Shown here piece after piece: positions 1 through 8,275 of a stretch of DNA of 64,000 nt (positions within the stretch are counted from its first letter, which is position 1; the number at the start of each line of letters is the position of its first letter). Below the pieces are notes generated by a model that worked only from the letters and a program-made list of their open reading frames with translations, made no database searches and was not told the origin of the DNA. Both the position numbers and the translations under genes were made by a program. Where the stretch lies: IMG/VR virus record IMGVR_UViG_3300037067_011375, positions 62,001 to 126,000 of that record; one strand, 5' to 3'. This DNA is from an uncultured virus (IMG/VR IMGVR_UViG_3300037067_011375) (lineage: Duplodnaviria > Heunggongvirae > Uroviricota > Caudoviricetes).

Positions 1-1
1 C

Positions 2-658
2 CGGTTCCGTGAACATGCAACTTGTATACTTCCTTTTTCCGCCGCAACCCATGACGCTACTAATAATCGAACTTTAGACGTTAGTGGGAAAGGTAATCAC
101 TTTCGATTTGGCGACGGTTCCCTGGTAACAACTTTCCCAACGAAGTTAGCGACCAGGGGATATAGTTTTGATGCGGGTGGTTCTTTGCAGCGTTTGAATG
201 ACTTTGGCATCAATGGAAGCGACTTTACTGTTTGCATGTTGTACAAAAAAAATACGGATGTAACTGCATATGAATGGTACAACAGAAATATACTTGGTAC
301 AACTGGTTTAGGGCAATATTATGCCGCGGCATCTTATAGAACATTACACAACAACGGGTCCGCGTCAGACATCATTAGTGGCGTATCATATTCAAGCAGC
401 CTTAGATTTTGGACTACAGCTTATGTAGCATCGACATCCAAGGCAGATATATATCTAAATGCAAAATTTGTGGAACAATCCCCAGCGCTTCAAGTAGCCA
501 ACGGGTATGGGTATGGGTTTCTTCTTGGTAATAGTACTGACCATGCGTCTGGTTTGAATGGTTCCATCTTCTATTTTTCCCTATACCCATTCGCGCTTAC
601 GCCACTTCAGATAAAAGCTGAATATCAGTATGCTGTTTCCGGAATAAACAAGGTATAG
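2..658 (+). CDS. LamG/concanavalin-like domain protein, 5'-truncated by the window edge (putative virion adhesin)
   Basis: The frame is open from position 2 (RFREHATCILPF...TLDVSGKGNH...). The C-terminus 'LNGSIFYFSLYPFALTPLQIKAEY' is typical of LamG-like domains. Confidence 0.6.
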   Translation, partial: RFREHATCILPFSAATHDATNNRTLDVSGKGNHFRFGDGSLVTTFPTKLATRGYSFDAGGSLQRLNDFGINGSDFTVCMLYKKNTDVTAYEWYNRNILGTTGLGQYYAAASYRTLHNNGSASDIISGVSYSSSLRFWTTAYVASTSKADIYLNAKFVEQSPALQVANGYGYGFLLGNSTDHASGLNGSIFYFSLYPFALTPLQIKAEYQYAVSGINKV

Positions 659-660
659 AA

Positions 661-768
661 ATGAATACCCTAATCAAAAGTGTAGGTTTCTTTGGTTCAC
701 TACGTTCACGGGTATCTTCGGCCGCCGAAAAAAATTTTCGGGCGGCTAAGAAAAAGGTAGCAGCATAA
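661..768 (+). CDS. Small basic hypothetical protein (35 aa)
   Basis: ATG 3 nt after the upstream stop; MNTLIKSVGFFGSLRSRVSSAAEKNFRAAKKKVAA*. Confidence 0.3.
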   Translation: MNTLIKSVGFFGSLRSRVSSAAEKNFRAAKKKVAA

Positions 769-809
769 TGGTCTTGTTGGTGTGTAAAACGATTGTCTGA
801 GGCCGCACC

Positions 810-1469
810 ATGGAAACCAGCACCGTCAAATCCGGCATCTACCAGATTGTCAACAAGGTAAACGGCAAGGTTTATGTCGGGAGTGCCGTTAATATCAACG
901 AACGCTGGTACGAACATAGGCGTACTCTAAATAAGGGCACGCATGCAAACGTGTACCTTCAGCGCTCTTGGTGTGAACACGGAGCGGATGCTTTTGTGTT
1001 TGAAATAGTTGAAATAGTTGCAGATGCGCAAGATTTAATTGCACGGGAACAATTTTGGTTGGATCGACAGTGTGTGGTAAGCCACGGATACAATATTTGC
1101 CGTATTGCTGGGTCCACGCTGGGTAAGGCACACTCGGAAGAAACAAAAAACAAAATAAGCACTGCGTTAACAGGTAAGTCGCTTCCTTCGGAGACACGCG
1201 CCAAGATTAGCGCCGCGAAGAAAGGACATAAGTTTGGTCCTATGTCTGAGGAGCATAAAGCACGCATAAGCACATCCAAAAAAGGGAAACCAGTAGCCAC
1301 CAAAGAACAGCACGCTACACTAGCAAACAGATTCATAGAACTGAATAAGGCGCGCATTGGTGTTCCTTTGTCCGAAGAGCACAGGGCTAAGATAAAAAAC
1401 AGCGTCACTGTTGCGCGAGCACTTCGGTCGGCGGGGCAAATCCTTACCACCGATAAAAGCGAGGAATGA
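810..1469 (+). CDS. GIY-YIG homing endonuclease with NUMOD3 repeats
   Basis: 'SGIYQIVNKVNGKVYVGSA...RWYEH' followed by repeated 'HSEETKNKIS / SEEHKARIS / LSEEHRAKI' motifs. Confidence 0.92.
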   Translation: METSTVKSGIYQIVNKVNGKVYVGSAVNINERWYEHRRTLNKGTHANVYLQRSWCEHGADAFVFEIVEIVADAQDLIAREQFWLDRQCVVSHGYNICRIAGSTLGKAHSEETKNKISTALTGKSLPSETRAKISAAKKGHKFGPMSEEHKARISTSKKGKPVATKEQHATLANRFIELNKARIGVPLSEEHRAKIKNSVTVARALRSAGQILTTDKSEE

Positions 1470-3445
1470 TTATGTCGATCCTTGATGACCTCGTCCGTGC
1501 TGGCCAACTTGCGCTCTACTGGGACTTCCGCTCCGGAACTTTCTTAGACTACAGTGGACACGGTTTCAACGGCACGGTCGGCGGTTCAATGGGTTCGCCG
1601 CGCCCCTGGTTGGACGCCAGGCCCAGTGGATACTGCACGAGCGCTGCGGCACTCCCGGCCGACAATTATTCTGGCTGCATCCTATTGGGTCAGCGCCATT
1701 ACACTCCAGCGGCGGCCCAGTATTGCATCTGGATTGACGCGACCCACTACGCTGTATTTGGAACCGGAGGATTGTTCTCGGTTTATGGTGCCGGTACCAT
1801 CAGGAACTCGGCCTCGGTCGTAGGGGCCACTTGCGTCGGTTGGAATCAGGTGGCCGGAACCACCGGAGCAATTTATCGGGATGGCAGTTTGCTGGGCGCT
1901 TTTTCGGGAAACCTGGACGCAGTGTCGTTGGCGGCTGGAACTAAGTATTTCTTCAACGCCAGTGGTGGCGCTTCGCCCTTGGCCTATGGGATCAAGGCCC
2001 TGGTCATTACCTCAACGGTGTTGTCTGCAACGCAGCATAGTCAATTGGTGGCTGACTTGGCGACACGGGATAGATCTTGGACAACCCGCACACACTCTAT
2101 TCGGCAGGCTGACTGTAGTGTTGACCCTAATACCCCCGGTTTAGTTGCCGCTTGGGATACTATTGAAAACGGTATACTGATCGATATTATCGGTGGGAAA
2201 AATGGAACCCAAGTCGGTTCACCGGTATCAGCAAGTAAACCTTATGGTCGCGCAATTAAATTTGGTTATGAATCTGGGTTTACGTTCAACCCAGCTATGG
2301 GGGTTACGGGTCCATTCAGTATTTCATTTATTGCTGAACCGACTGAATACACAAATGCTGCCAACCATTTTATTATTCATGGGGCTTCTAGTGGTGGGAA
2401 CCAAATCATTCTATTCAAAAGTGGTTCTGTATGCAAACTATCCTTTAGCGCTTCTATTGGTGGTACGGTAAGAAGTTTGAACGCAACATCTTATGATTGG
2501 TATACTGGACAGTGCAGACACATTGTTTGCTGCTATGATGGTCAATATCTACGGATTTATCAAAATGGCAATCTTGATGCTACTTCACCTGAATATCTTG
2601 GGGCAACCACATTTTTTTCCGGTGCCGGAACTGGTGTAGTCGGATATAGGTCCGGTGTTTCCGGAAACGATTACACAGGGTGCATAAAAGGTGTACAGGT
2701 TTACAATACCGCTAAGACAGCCGAACAGGTTAGGGGGCTGTACGAAAAATCGGGGCTAAAAGAAATTCAAGAAACATCTTCTTTCGGAGTACCTGTATCA
2801 ACAGCAAGTAGGGGTGGTATAACCGGTTCCTATTTAGAAAATACCCGATGGGCTTTCGGTTCTACCACCCCGAGATACACTATCGACGTTGCTTCGATAT
2901 CAGGGGAAGCCTGCAAGATGCTGGTTTGCGGGACCGCGGGACCGCTTTACAAACGAACCCCCAGCCAGTTCACAGACCAGCAAGCCGGCTACGGTTCTTG
3001 GGAATGGACCTGGATTAAGTCAGCCGCGGGCAGCATGGACGTCATGGTGGTCGCGAGTGACAAAACCGCCCCCGGGACCGCTGGCAACAACGGCTATTTC
3101 GTCCGGGTCGACGCCAACGAAAAAGTCTGGCTGTACAAAGCGGCTGGCGTGACCCTGACGCCGTTGCTCTCGACCGGCAACGATTATGTTGTCGCGGGAA
3201 CCGCCTATACGTTCCGGTTGACCAGGACATTTGCGGGTGTGTGGACCCTTTGGATCCGGGGCCTCGCGGCCAGTCCAGGTTGGACCTTGGTTTCCAACGC
3301 GGGAGGTGGAACCAATCCCACGGCTGCGGAGAACACGTATACATCTAGCCTGTATAGCATCATCGACATTGACGCGACCGACCGGGTTTCCGTCGGGGCG
3401 CAGTCCGGCAACTATTCGATGGTTTGGCGACCTTTCGTTTTTTAA
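1466..3445 (+). CDS. Multi-LamG domain protein (putative tail fibre/adhesin)
   Basis: 'LYWDF..GTFLDYSGHGFNGT', 'GLVAAWD', 'HIVCCYDGQYLRIYQNG' and 'GCIKGVQVYNTAKTAEQV..LY' are LamG signatures. Confidence 0.75.
   Translation: MIMSILDDLVRAGQLALYWDFRSGTFLDYSGHGFNGTVGGSMGSPRPWLDARPSGYCTSAAALPADNYSGCILLGQRHYTPAAAQYCIWIDATHYAVFGTGGLFSVYGAGTIRNSASVVGATCVGWNQVAGTTGAIYRDGSLLGAFSGNLDAVSLAAGTKYFFNASGGASPLAYGIKALVITSTVLSATQHSQLVADLATRDRSWTTRTHSIRQADCSVDPNTPGLVAAWDTIENGILIDIIGGKNGTQVGSPVSASKPYGRAIKFGYESGFTFNPAMGVTGPFSISFIAEPTEYTNAANHFIIHGASSGGNQIILFKSGSVCKLSFSASIGGTVRSLNATSYDWYTGQCRHIVCCYDGQYLRIYQNGNLDATSPEYLGATTFFSGAGTGVVGYRSGVSGNDYTGCIKGVQVYNTAKTAEQVRGLYEKSGLKEIQETSSFGVPVSTASRGGITGSYLENTRWAFGSTTPRYTIDVASISGEACKMLVCGTAGPLYKRTPSQFTDQQAGYGSWEWTWIKSAAGSMDVMVVASDKTAPGTAGNNGYFVRVDANEKVWLYKAAGVTLTPLLSTGNDYVVAGTAYTFRLTRTFAGVWTLWIRGLAASPGWTLVSNAGGGTNPTAAENTYTSSLYSIIDIDATDRVSVGAQSGNYSMVWRPFVF
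3385..3414 (+). repeat. Direct repeat, copy 1 (copy 2 at 6788-6817)
   Basis: GGTTTCCGTCGGGGCGCAGTCCGGCAACTA vs GGTTTCCATCGGGGCGCAGTCCGGCAACTA, 29/30 identical. Confidence 0.9.
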
Positions 3446-3457
3446 CCAGGAGACCTC

Positions 3458-4213
3458 ATGGCCACCACGGTTTTGAATCTCACGAGTGCTGACCTTATCC
3501 TGCCGCTCCCCGTGAACCAACGGGTGCCGGCCGGTGGGTCACTTTATCTCCCGTACGTCGAATACGATGTCCTGACCAACGATCCTCGGTTCGCCGACAT
3601 GATCGCCAGGGCGATCATCCGGCTGGACAGCCAGGATAACCGCGTCGACACTTTGGAGGTCAAGGCCGAACCTGTAGGCCTGGATTACCTTGAGATTGCC
3701 GACTCTGAAGCCGATTGGGCCAAAAAGAAAGCCACGTTGGCCAGTCTGATTGATATGATCCCCGTGGCCACGATCACGACGCCCGGACTCATGAGTGCCC
3801 TGGACAAAACCCATCTTGAGGAGTTACTCGCCATGCTCGATACCCCTGCGGTTCAAGTTGCCGACTACGCCACCACGACCAGTGATCTGACCCCCACGGT
3901 CGTGACCGATGGTTTCCCGCTACCGATCACTGGGTTCAAAGAAACGATTGTGTTCGCCGCGACCATCATGGCCGCCGGGGCCGCGACCATCACGGGGATC
4001 GTCTGGCTCTGGCAGGCCCTCGCGACCGTACCGGCGTGGTATCCGCTCCGGTCCATCACGCTGGGCAACGAGGCCGTCGTCGTGGCCGACACTGACCAAC
4101 TGGTTGGAAGCGTTGCGGAGATCACGTGGCCCAGGGGAGTCACCAGGGTAACATGGCAGACGATTTCGGAAACCGGGACGCCTTCGGACCGCAACATCAC
4201 GATCACGGCGTAG
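3458..4213 (+). CDS. Hypothetical virion-associated protein
   Basis: RBS AGGAG. Contains 'ATITTPGLMSALDKTHL', a motif common in phage fibre proteins. Confidence 0.55.
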   Translation: MATTVLNLTSADLILPLPVNQRVPAGGSLYLPYVEYDVLTNDPRFADMIARAIIRLDSQDNRVDTLEVKAEPVGLDYLEIADSEADWAKKKATLASLIDMIPVATITTPGLMSALDKTHLEELLAMLDTPAVQVADYATTTSDLTPTVVTDGFPLPITGFKETIVFAATIMAAGAATITGIVWLWQALATVPAWYPLRSITLGNEAVVVADTDQLVGSVAEITWPRGVTRVTWQTISETGTPSDRNITITA

Positions 4214-4215
4214 CC

Positions 4216-6699
4216 ATGGACATCCGACGCAAACAGACCCTGTGGGGCGCGGTGGCTGGCGGGGTCGTGGCGACCACTGTCGCGCTCGTGCTCATCCTTG
4301 GCGGTCCGCCCTCGCTGATCCCGCACCGGGACTCCACGGGTGCCCGCTCCCTCCTTTGGCTCTACGCCCCTCGCGACATGGGCCGCCTCCCCGCCCGTGC
4401 CTCGTGGTGTACCCTCGGCCGCTCGGCTGAGCACTGCTGGCTCATGGACCAACCCAGCGGCACGCTCACCGACACTGGCTCGGCCGCCACCAAGTGGCAT
4501 ATGACCGCCGGGGCGGGTACCCGCCGAAGCGTGGCAACGGGTGTTCCTGTGGCCACGTCGGCCACTACCTGGGATGCCACGAGCGAGCTTGGCGTGGGCA
4601 CGGATCAGGTGTCCGGCGCCGGGCTAAGTCGCGCCACCACCACCACTGACGCGAGCAACGTGCTGTCCGTGTCCTTTGCTTTCTCGGCCCCCCATGCCGG
4701 ACCTGGATACACCGGTCAACACCTCATCTATCACCAGGGCACTACCAGTGGATTTGAGGTATACATCACCACATCTGGGTCGTCTGCCACGATCACGGCA
4801 TATCTGGATGGCGGAGCCCCGACGAAATACCTGAACAGCATCGCCGCTCCTATCAGCGACGGGGCCCCGCATTGTGTTACAGTTGTCATTGACGCGCGAA
4901 CACTGAACGCTTTCCGGGTATACGTTGATGGGCTGGATTACACGCCAGAAGAGCACAATGCAACATCGGTTGTATCGTTCGCGCCAAATGGCACTCCAAC
5001 GTTCTACTTGTATCGTAACGGGAATGGCTTGTACTCCCTGGCCGGCGTGGGTGGTAGGGCTCGCTACGATGTCGCCGCTCTCACCTACGACCAGCATCGC
5101 TCGATCTGCGGCACCGCGTGGGATGCGCCAGAGGGAGGAGATACCAAGATCGCTCCAGGCGATGACTACTACGCCCAGACCGTTGCGGCTGCGCGCTGCT
5201 ACGCATCAAGCGCCACCACCGCGACTTGCGCGCCCACAGCGGCCCCGTGGTATGCCTGGGACCGCTCTACGTCGAGCACTCGATGGCCGGTAGAGCCCGC
5301 CAGAACCAATCGGCTCAAGTGGTCCATGGGCGCATCGTGCGCCCGCTGGACATGTTCGACGGCCACCATGGCCAACACGGTTTCGCCAGCCGGTACCAAC
5401 TGGGCAACGGCGATCACCATGGGTGGAGGATACGCGCAGACCGAGCAGGCGAGCGCGTACACCGCCGCGGCTCCGCTCTATCATCGGGTGTGGATGAAAG
5501 CCAGCAGTGGCACCATCGACGCCAGCAACGTGGGGGGGGAAGGCCACTGGACCATCGACGGCACCACGCTCGGAGGCGTCTGGACCGAGCTCTACACCGG
5601 CCACCCGGCCGTGACTGAGATCCAACCCTGGAAGGCCACGGGGGCCGGGGCGGTCGTTTACCGCGTGAGCGGAGCCAACGTGTCGATCTGGGGGGCCACG
5701 CTCACCGAGGTTGCGGGCCTGTCCGTGATCCCCACTGCCGCTGCGGCGCAGTCCACTGCCGCTCCGCGTTGGTCCGTTGACGATATCGCCGATTCGTACT
5801 ACCCGGCCGGGTCCGCGGTGACGCAGTCGCTCACCACGCTGTCTGGTACGTGCCTGGCCGAGAGCGGTACAGATATTCTGCTGTCTGGATCCTCGACCTG
5901 CACCGGGTATTGGAGCGAGCTCAAGATCGTGGGCAAGCCAGCCGCGTCGGATGGCACCTACGGCACCAGCGGGCGCGTAGAGCTGTACGTGCTGGCAGGG
6001 CAGAGCAACGCGGAGGGACGCGAGGCCATCGCCAACCTGGACGCAACACTGCTAGGCGTTCCAGCGGGAGTGGACTACTTCCACAATGCTTCCGCGCAAT
6101 CAACGACGCTGACCAATTACGCCGATTTTTCGACCGCGATCTTGTTCGGTACGTATCGGTTTGGCGCCGCGCCCATGCTGGCAAATCGGTTGGCGGCGCA
6201 GCGGCCAAAGAAGCGTGTGGTGATCGCCCATATGGGCCTTGGCGGAACCTCACTCTACGCCGCCTGGCAGCCCTACGACTGGGATGCTGTGCGCGGAGCC
6301 GTTATTGGCGAGGCAGCAGGGGTATATCAGTGGTCCACGGTGACCAGTCGAATCAGATCCGCTATCGGCCGCCGCAAAGCGCGATTCGTCGCCGCATACT
6401 GGATGCAGGGCGAGCAGGATTGCCTATCGGATGTCGCAGCAGCGGACTACGCCACAGGGCTGGCCCTGCTGCAGTCCGCGCTGGCCGCTGAGTATGGAGC
6501 GCCAGAGCGATTCGTGATTGCACGGGTACGCTGCGAGGCCGGCGACACTGGCCGCGCCGTGGTGCGTGCCGCTCAGGAGTCGTTCCCTTACTGGTTCAAT
6601 GTGGACGATTTGCCGCTGCTCGACACCGTCCATTTCAACGAGGCCGGATACTACACACTCGGGATTCGGTTTGCCGGGTACTACAACCCGAACCCGTAG
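4216..6699 (+). CDS. N-terminally anchored LamG plus SASA/SGNH (sialate O-acetylesterase/CE6-like) esterase
   Basis: Hydrophobic N-terminus, central LamG-like region, and C-terminal 'LAGQSN', 'GGTSL', 'WMQGEQD' and 'DTVHF' SGNH blocks. Start moved to ATG 4216. Confidence 0.8.
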   Translation: MDIRRKQTLWGAVAGGVVATTVALVLILGGPPSLIPHRDSTGARSLLWLYAPRDMGRLPARASWCTLGRSAEHCWLMDQPSGTLTDTGSAATKWHMTAGAGTRRSVATGVPVATSATTWDATSELGVGTDQVSGAGLSRATTTTDASNVLSVSFAFSAPHAGPGYTGQHLIYHQGTTSGFEVYITTSGSSATITAYLDGGAPTKYLNSIAAPISDGAPHCVTVVIDARTLNAFRVYVDGLDYTPEEHNATSVVSFAPNGTPTFYLYRNGNGLYSLAGVGGRARYDVAALTYDQHRSICGTAWDAPEGGDTKIAPGDDYYAQTVAAARCYASSATTATCAPTAAPWYAWDRSTSSTRWPVEPARTNRLKWSMGASCARWTCSTATMANTVSPAGTNWATAITMGGGYAQTEQASAYTAAAPLYHRVWMKASSGTIDASNVGGEGHWTIDGTTLGGVWTELYTGHPAVTEIQPWKATGAGAVVYRVSGANVSIWGATLTEVAGLSVIPTAAAAQSTAAPRWSVDDIADSYYPAGSAVTQSLTTLSGTCLAESGTDILLSGSSTCTGYWSELKIVGKPAASDGTYGTSGRVELYVLAGQSNAEGREAIANLDATLLGVPAGVDYFHNASAQSTTLTNYADFSTAILFGTYRFGAAPMLANRLAAQRPKKRVVIAHMGLGGTSLYAAWQPYDWDAVRGAVIGEAAGVYQWSTVTSRIRSAIGRRKARFVAAYWMQGEQDCLSDVAAADYATGLALLQSALAAEYGAPERFVIARVRCEAGDTGRAVVRAAQESFPYWFNVDDLPLLDTVHFNEAGYYTLGIRFAGYYNPNP

Positions 6700-6706
6700 G
6701 AGCATC

Positions 6707-6845
6707 ATGGGACAAACACTTCAGATCATCGTTGGGATCCTCTCTCCTGCAGGTCGCCCTGGCCTCGGCCGTCGATGCCGGCGACATGGTTTCCATCGGG
6801 GCGCAGTCCGGCAACTACGCGATGATCTGGAAGCCCTGGGTGTAG
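6707..6845 (+). pseudogene. Frameshifted remnant ending in a copy of the C-terminus of the 1466..3445 LamG protein
   Basis: MGQTLQIIVGILS, then a frame change in a CT run to LQVALASAVDAGDMVSIGAQSGNYAMIWKPWV*; compare DATDRVSVGAQSGNYSMVWRPFVF*. Confidence 0.55.
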
Positions 6846-6847
6846 CG

Positions 6848-7078
6848 ATGGAACCACAAGACAATAATGGTTTCTGGATTGGCTGTTTGGCGTCCGCGTT
6901 CAACCAACATTTATCCACCAGGTTTATCCGGTTGGCCCAACGACCAAGTGGCCCAGTTGCCCCCGTGGATCCACGGCACCTTGACGCCATCATGGTCCGG
7001 GCTCAGGCACGGGGTCGATCTGTTCAGCAATATTTGGCCGAGAGGGCCTGGATTAATTCTCGGCAACTGTACCGCTGA
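6848..7078 (+). CDS. Hypothetical protein
   Basis: ATG directly after the preceding stop; MEPQDNNGFWIG...; tight packing. Confidence 0.45.
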   Translation: MEPQDNNGFWIGCLASAFNQHLSTRFIRLAQRPSGPVAPVDPRHLDAIMVRAQARGRSVQQYLAERAWINSRQLYR

Positions 7079-7088
7079 CCCCTGCACC

Positions 7089-7184
7089 ATGACTGATTGC
7101 GAAACCAACTGGCTGGCTTTCATCTGCACCATCTGGGGCGCCATCGTGTACCACTGGATCATTGCGCCGCCCCACGACGAATAA
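7089..7184 (+). CDS. Small membrane peptide (31 aa)
   Basis: MTDCETNWLAFICTIWGAIVYHWIIAPPHDE; one hydrophobic helix. Confidence 0.4.
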   Translation: MTDCETNWLAFICTIWGAIVYHWIIAPPHDE

Positions 7185-7188
7185 CGCC

Positions 7189-7296
7189 ATGTCGTACTGT
7201 CCAGATCCAGATGACCGTGGTCGTTTATGTGTAGCGGTTTGCTTGCTGGTTTTACTTATTGTCTGGTGGCTCTGGTGTTCAGCACCCACGAGGTAG
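7189..7296 (+). CDS. Small membrane peptide (35 aa)
   Basis: MSYCPDPDDRGRLCVAVCLLVLLIVWWLWCSAPTR; one TM helix; fills the gap between its neighbours. Confidence 0.45.
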   Translation: MSYCPDPDDRGRLCVAVCLLVLLIVWWLWCSAPTR

Positions 7297-7299
7297 CAG

Positions 7300-8049
7300 A
7301 TGTTCCGCACGGCTATCGCGATCGACGATCAACTTGACCAGTTGGTCCAGGCGTTTCAAGAGACCGAACAGACCCCCGGGGACACCCCGGCGATGTGGAA
7401 CCTGGTCAGCAAGGTCAACGGCCTGGTGGGGCCTGCTGGGCGTAATCTCCGGCATTTTGTGGAACTGGAAGGCCGGTGGCTGGCTTTTCCGACTTGTCGA
7501 CGGGCTCGCGGTTTTATCCAGTGGGACCCAGGAGCAAAAAAATGGCGTCTTCGACAAGGAAGCGGCCGCCTGGTTATGCGCGACCTTGAACCTGCCGTAG
7601 CATTTCTGGTCATGGCGGTCGAGTGTGCCGTGGCCGGGATACCAGAGACCCAGGCCGACCTGTTTCTTGATGCCCTTTATGCCCAAGGGACCGCGAGCCC
7701 CGCGGCCAATGAGGTCGTGTTGTTCGATCAGGCGTTAGTGTCGATGGAGCAGGTGGGCGACGCTGCCGTGAAGTTGCGGTATTTATGGCTAGACCCTCGG
7801 GCGCGCGGCCAGGGGCTTGGCCATCGTGTCCTGAGTCTAATCGAGCGGTTGGCCGACCAGTATTGCTGCGACGTTTGGCTCATGGCCCAGTCGTTCAGGA
7901 TTCCGGACCAATATAGCCGCGACCTCGACACCGATCCCGGTGAGAATCTCGTCGAGACCGACCAGTTGGTCCGGTTGTACCGGGCCCACGGGTTCCAGGG
8001 CCCTGCCCGCCACATGCTCCGAGAGCCTAGGTGTAGAACCAGGGCTTGA
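7300..8049 (+). CDS. GNAT-family acetyltransferase (C-terminal domain)
   Basis: 'LWLDPRARGQGLGHRVL' acetyl-CoA motif A and 'LVRLYRAHGF' motif B. Confidence 0.8.
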   Translation: MFRTAIAIDDQLDQLVQAFQETEQTPGDTPAMWNLVSKVNGLVGPAGRNLRHFVELEGRWLAFPTCRRARGFIQWDPGAKKWRLRQGSGRLVMRDLEPAVAFLVMAVECAVAGIPETQADLFLDALYAQGTASPAANEVVLFDQALVSMEQVGDAAVKLRYLWLDPRARGQGLGHRVLSLIERLADQYCCDVWLMAQSFRIPDQYSRDLDTDPGENLVETDQLVRLYRAHGFQGPARHMLREPRCRTRA

Positions 8050-8094
8050 CTTCTCGGTCTTCATCGTTAGATTTTGCTAGCGTAGCGTTTCCTG

Positions 8095-8137
8095 GAGGCC
8101 CTTGGTGATGAACACCACCAAGGGCCTCGCTATTTTT
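8095..8137 (+). terminator. Intrinsic terminator-like hairpin
   Basis: 13-bp perfect stem GAGGCCCTTGGTG/CACCAAGGGCCTC followed by GCTATTTTT. Confidence 0.65.
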
Positions 8138-8224
8138 GGCCCACCTGCCCCTTTCGGTTGAAACCAGTGGGTTTCCCGCATCAATCAGGTAAAACTGTTG
8201 TCCGGGGCCAATTTGCTGCTGGCC

Positions 8225-8242
8225 CACGCTAATCTATAGCAG
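8225..8242 (+). promoter_or_regulatory. Phage-specific promoter motif copy (CACGCTAATCTATAGCAG)
   Basis: One of five intergenic copies of YACGTTAATCTWTAGTAG, each oriented toward a gene start. Confidence 0.7.
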
Positions 8243-8275
8243 CGAGGCCAATCCTCGGCCCCCAAGGAAACCAAC

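Noticed and set aside
660..1469. Group I intron hosting the GIY-YIG nuclease
   Set aside because: The flanking genes end and start normally, and no intron core was recognisable; it appears free-standing.
3385..6845. Diversity-generating retroelement TR/VR pair at an adhesin C-terminus
   Set aside because: The differences are not confined to adenines, the repeat is short, and no reverse transcriptase is present in the window.
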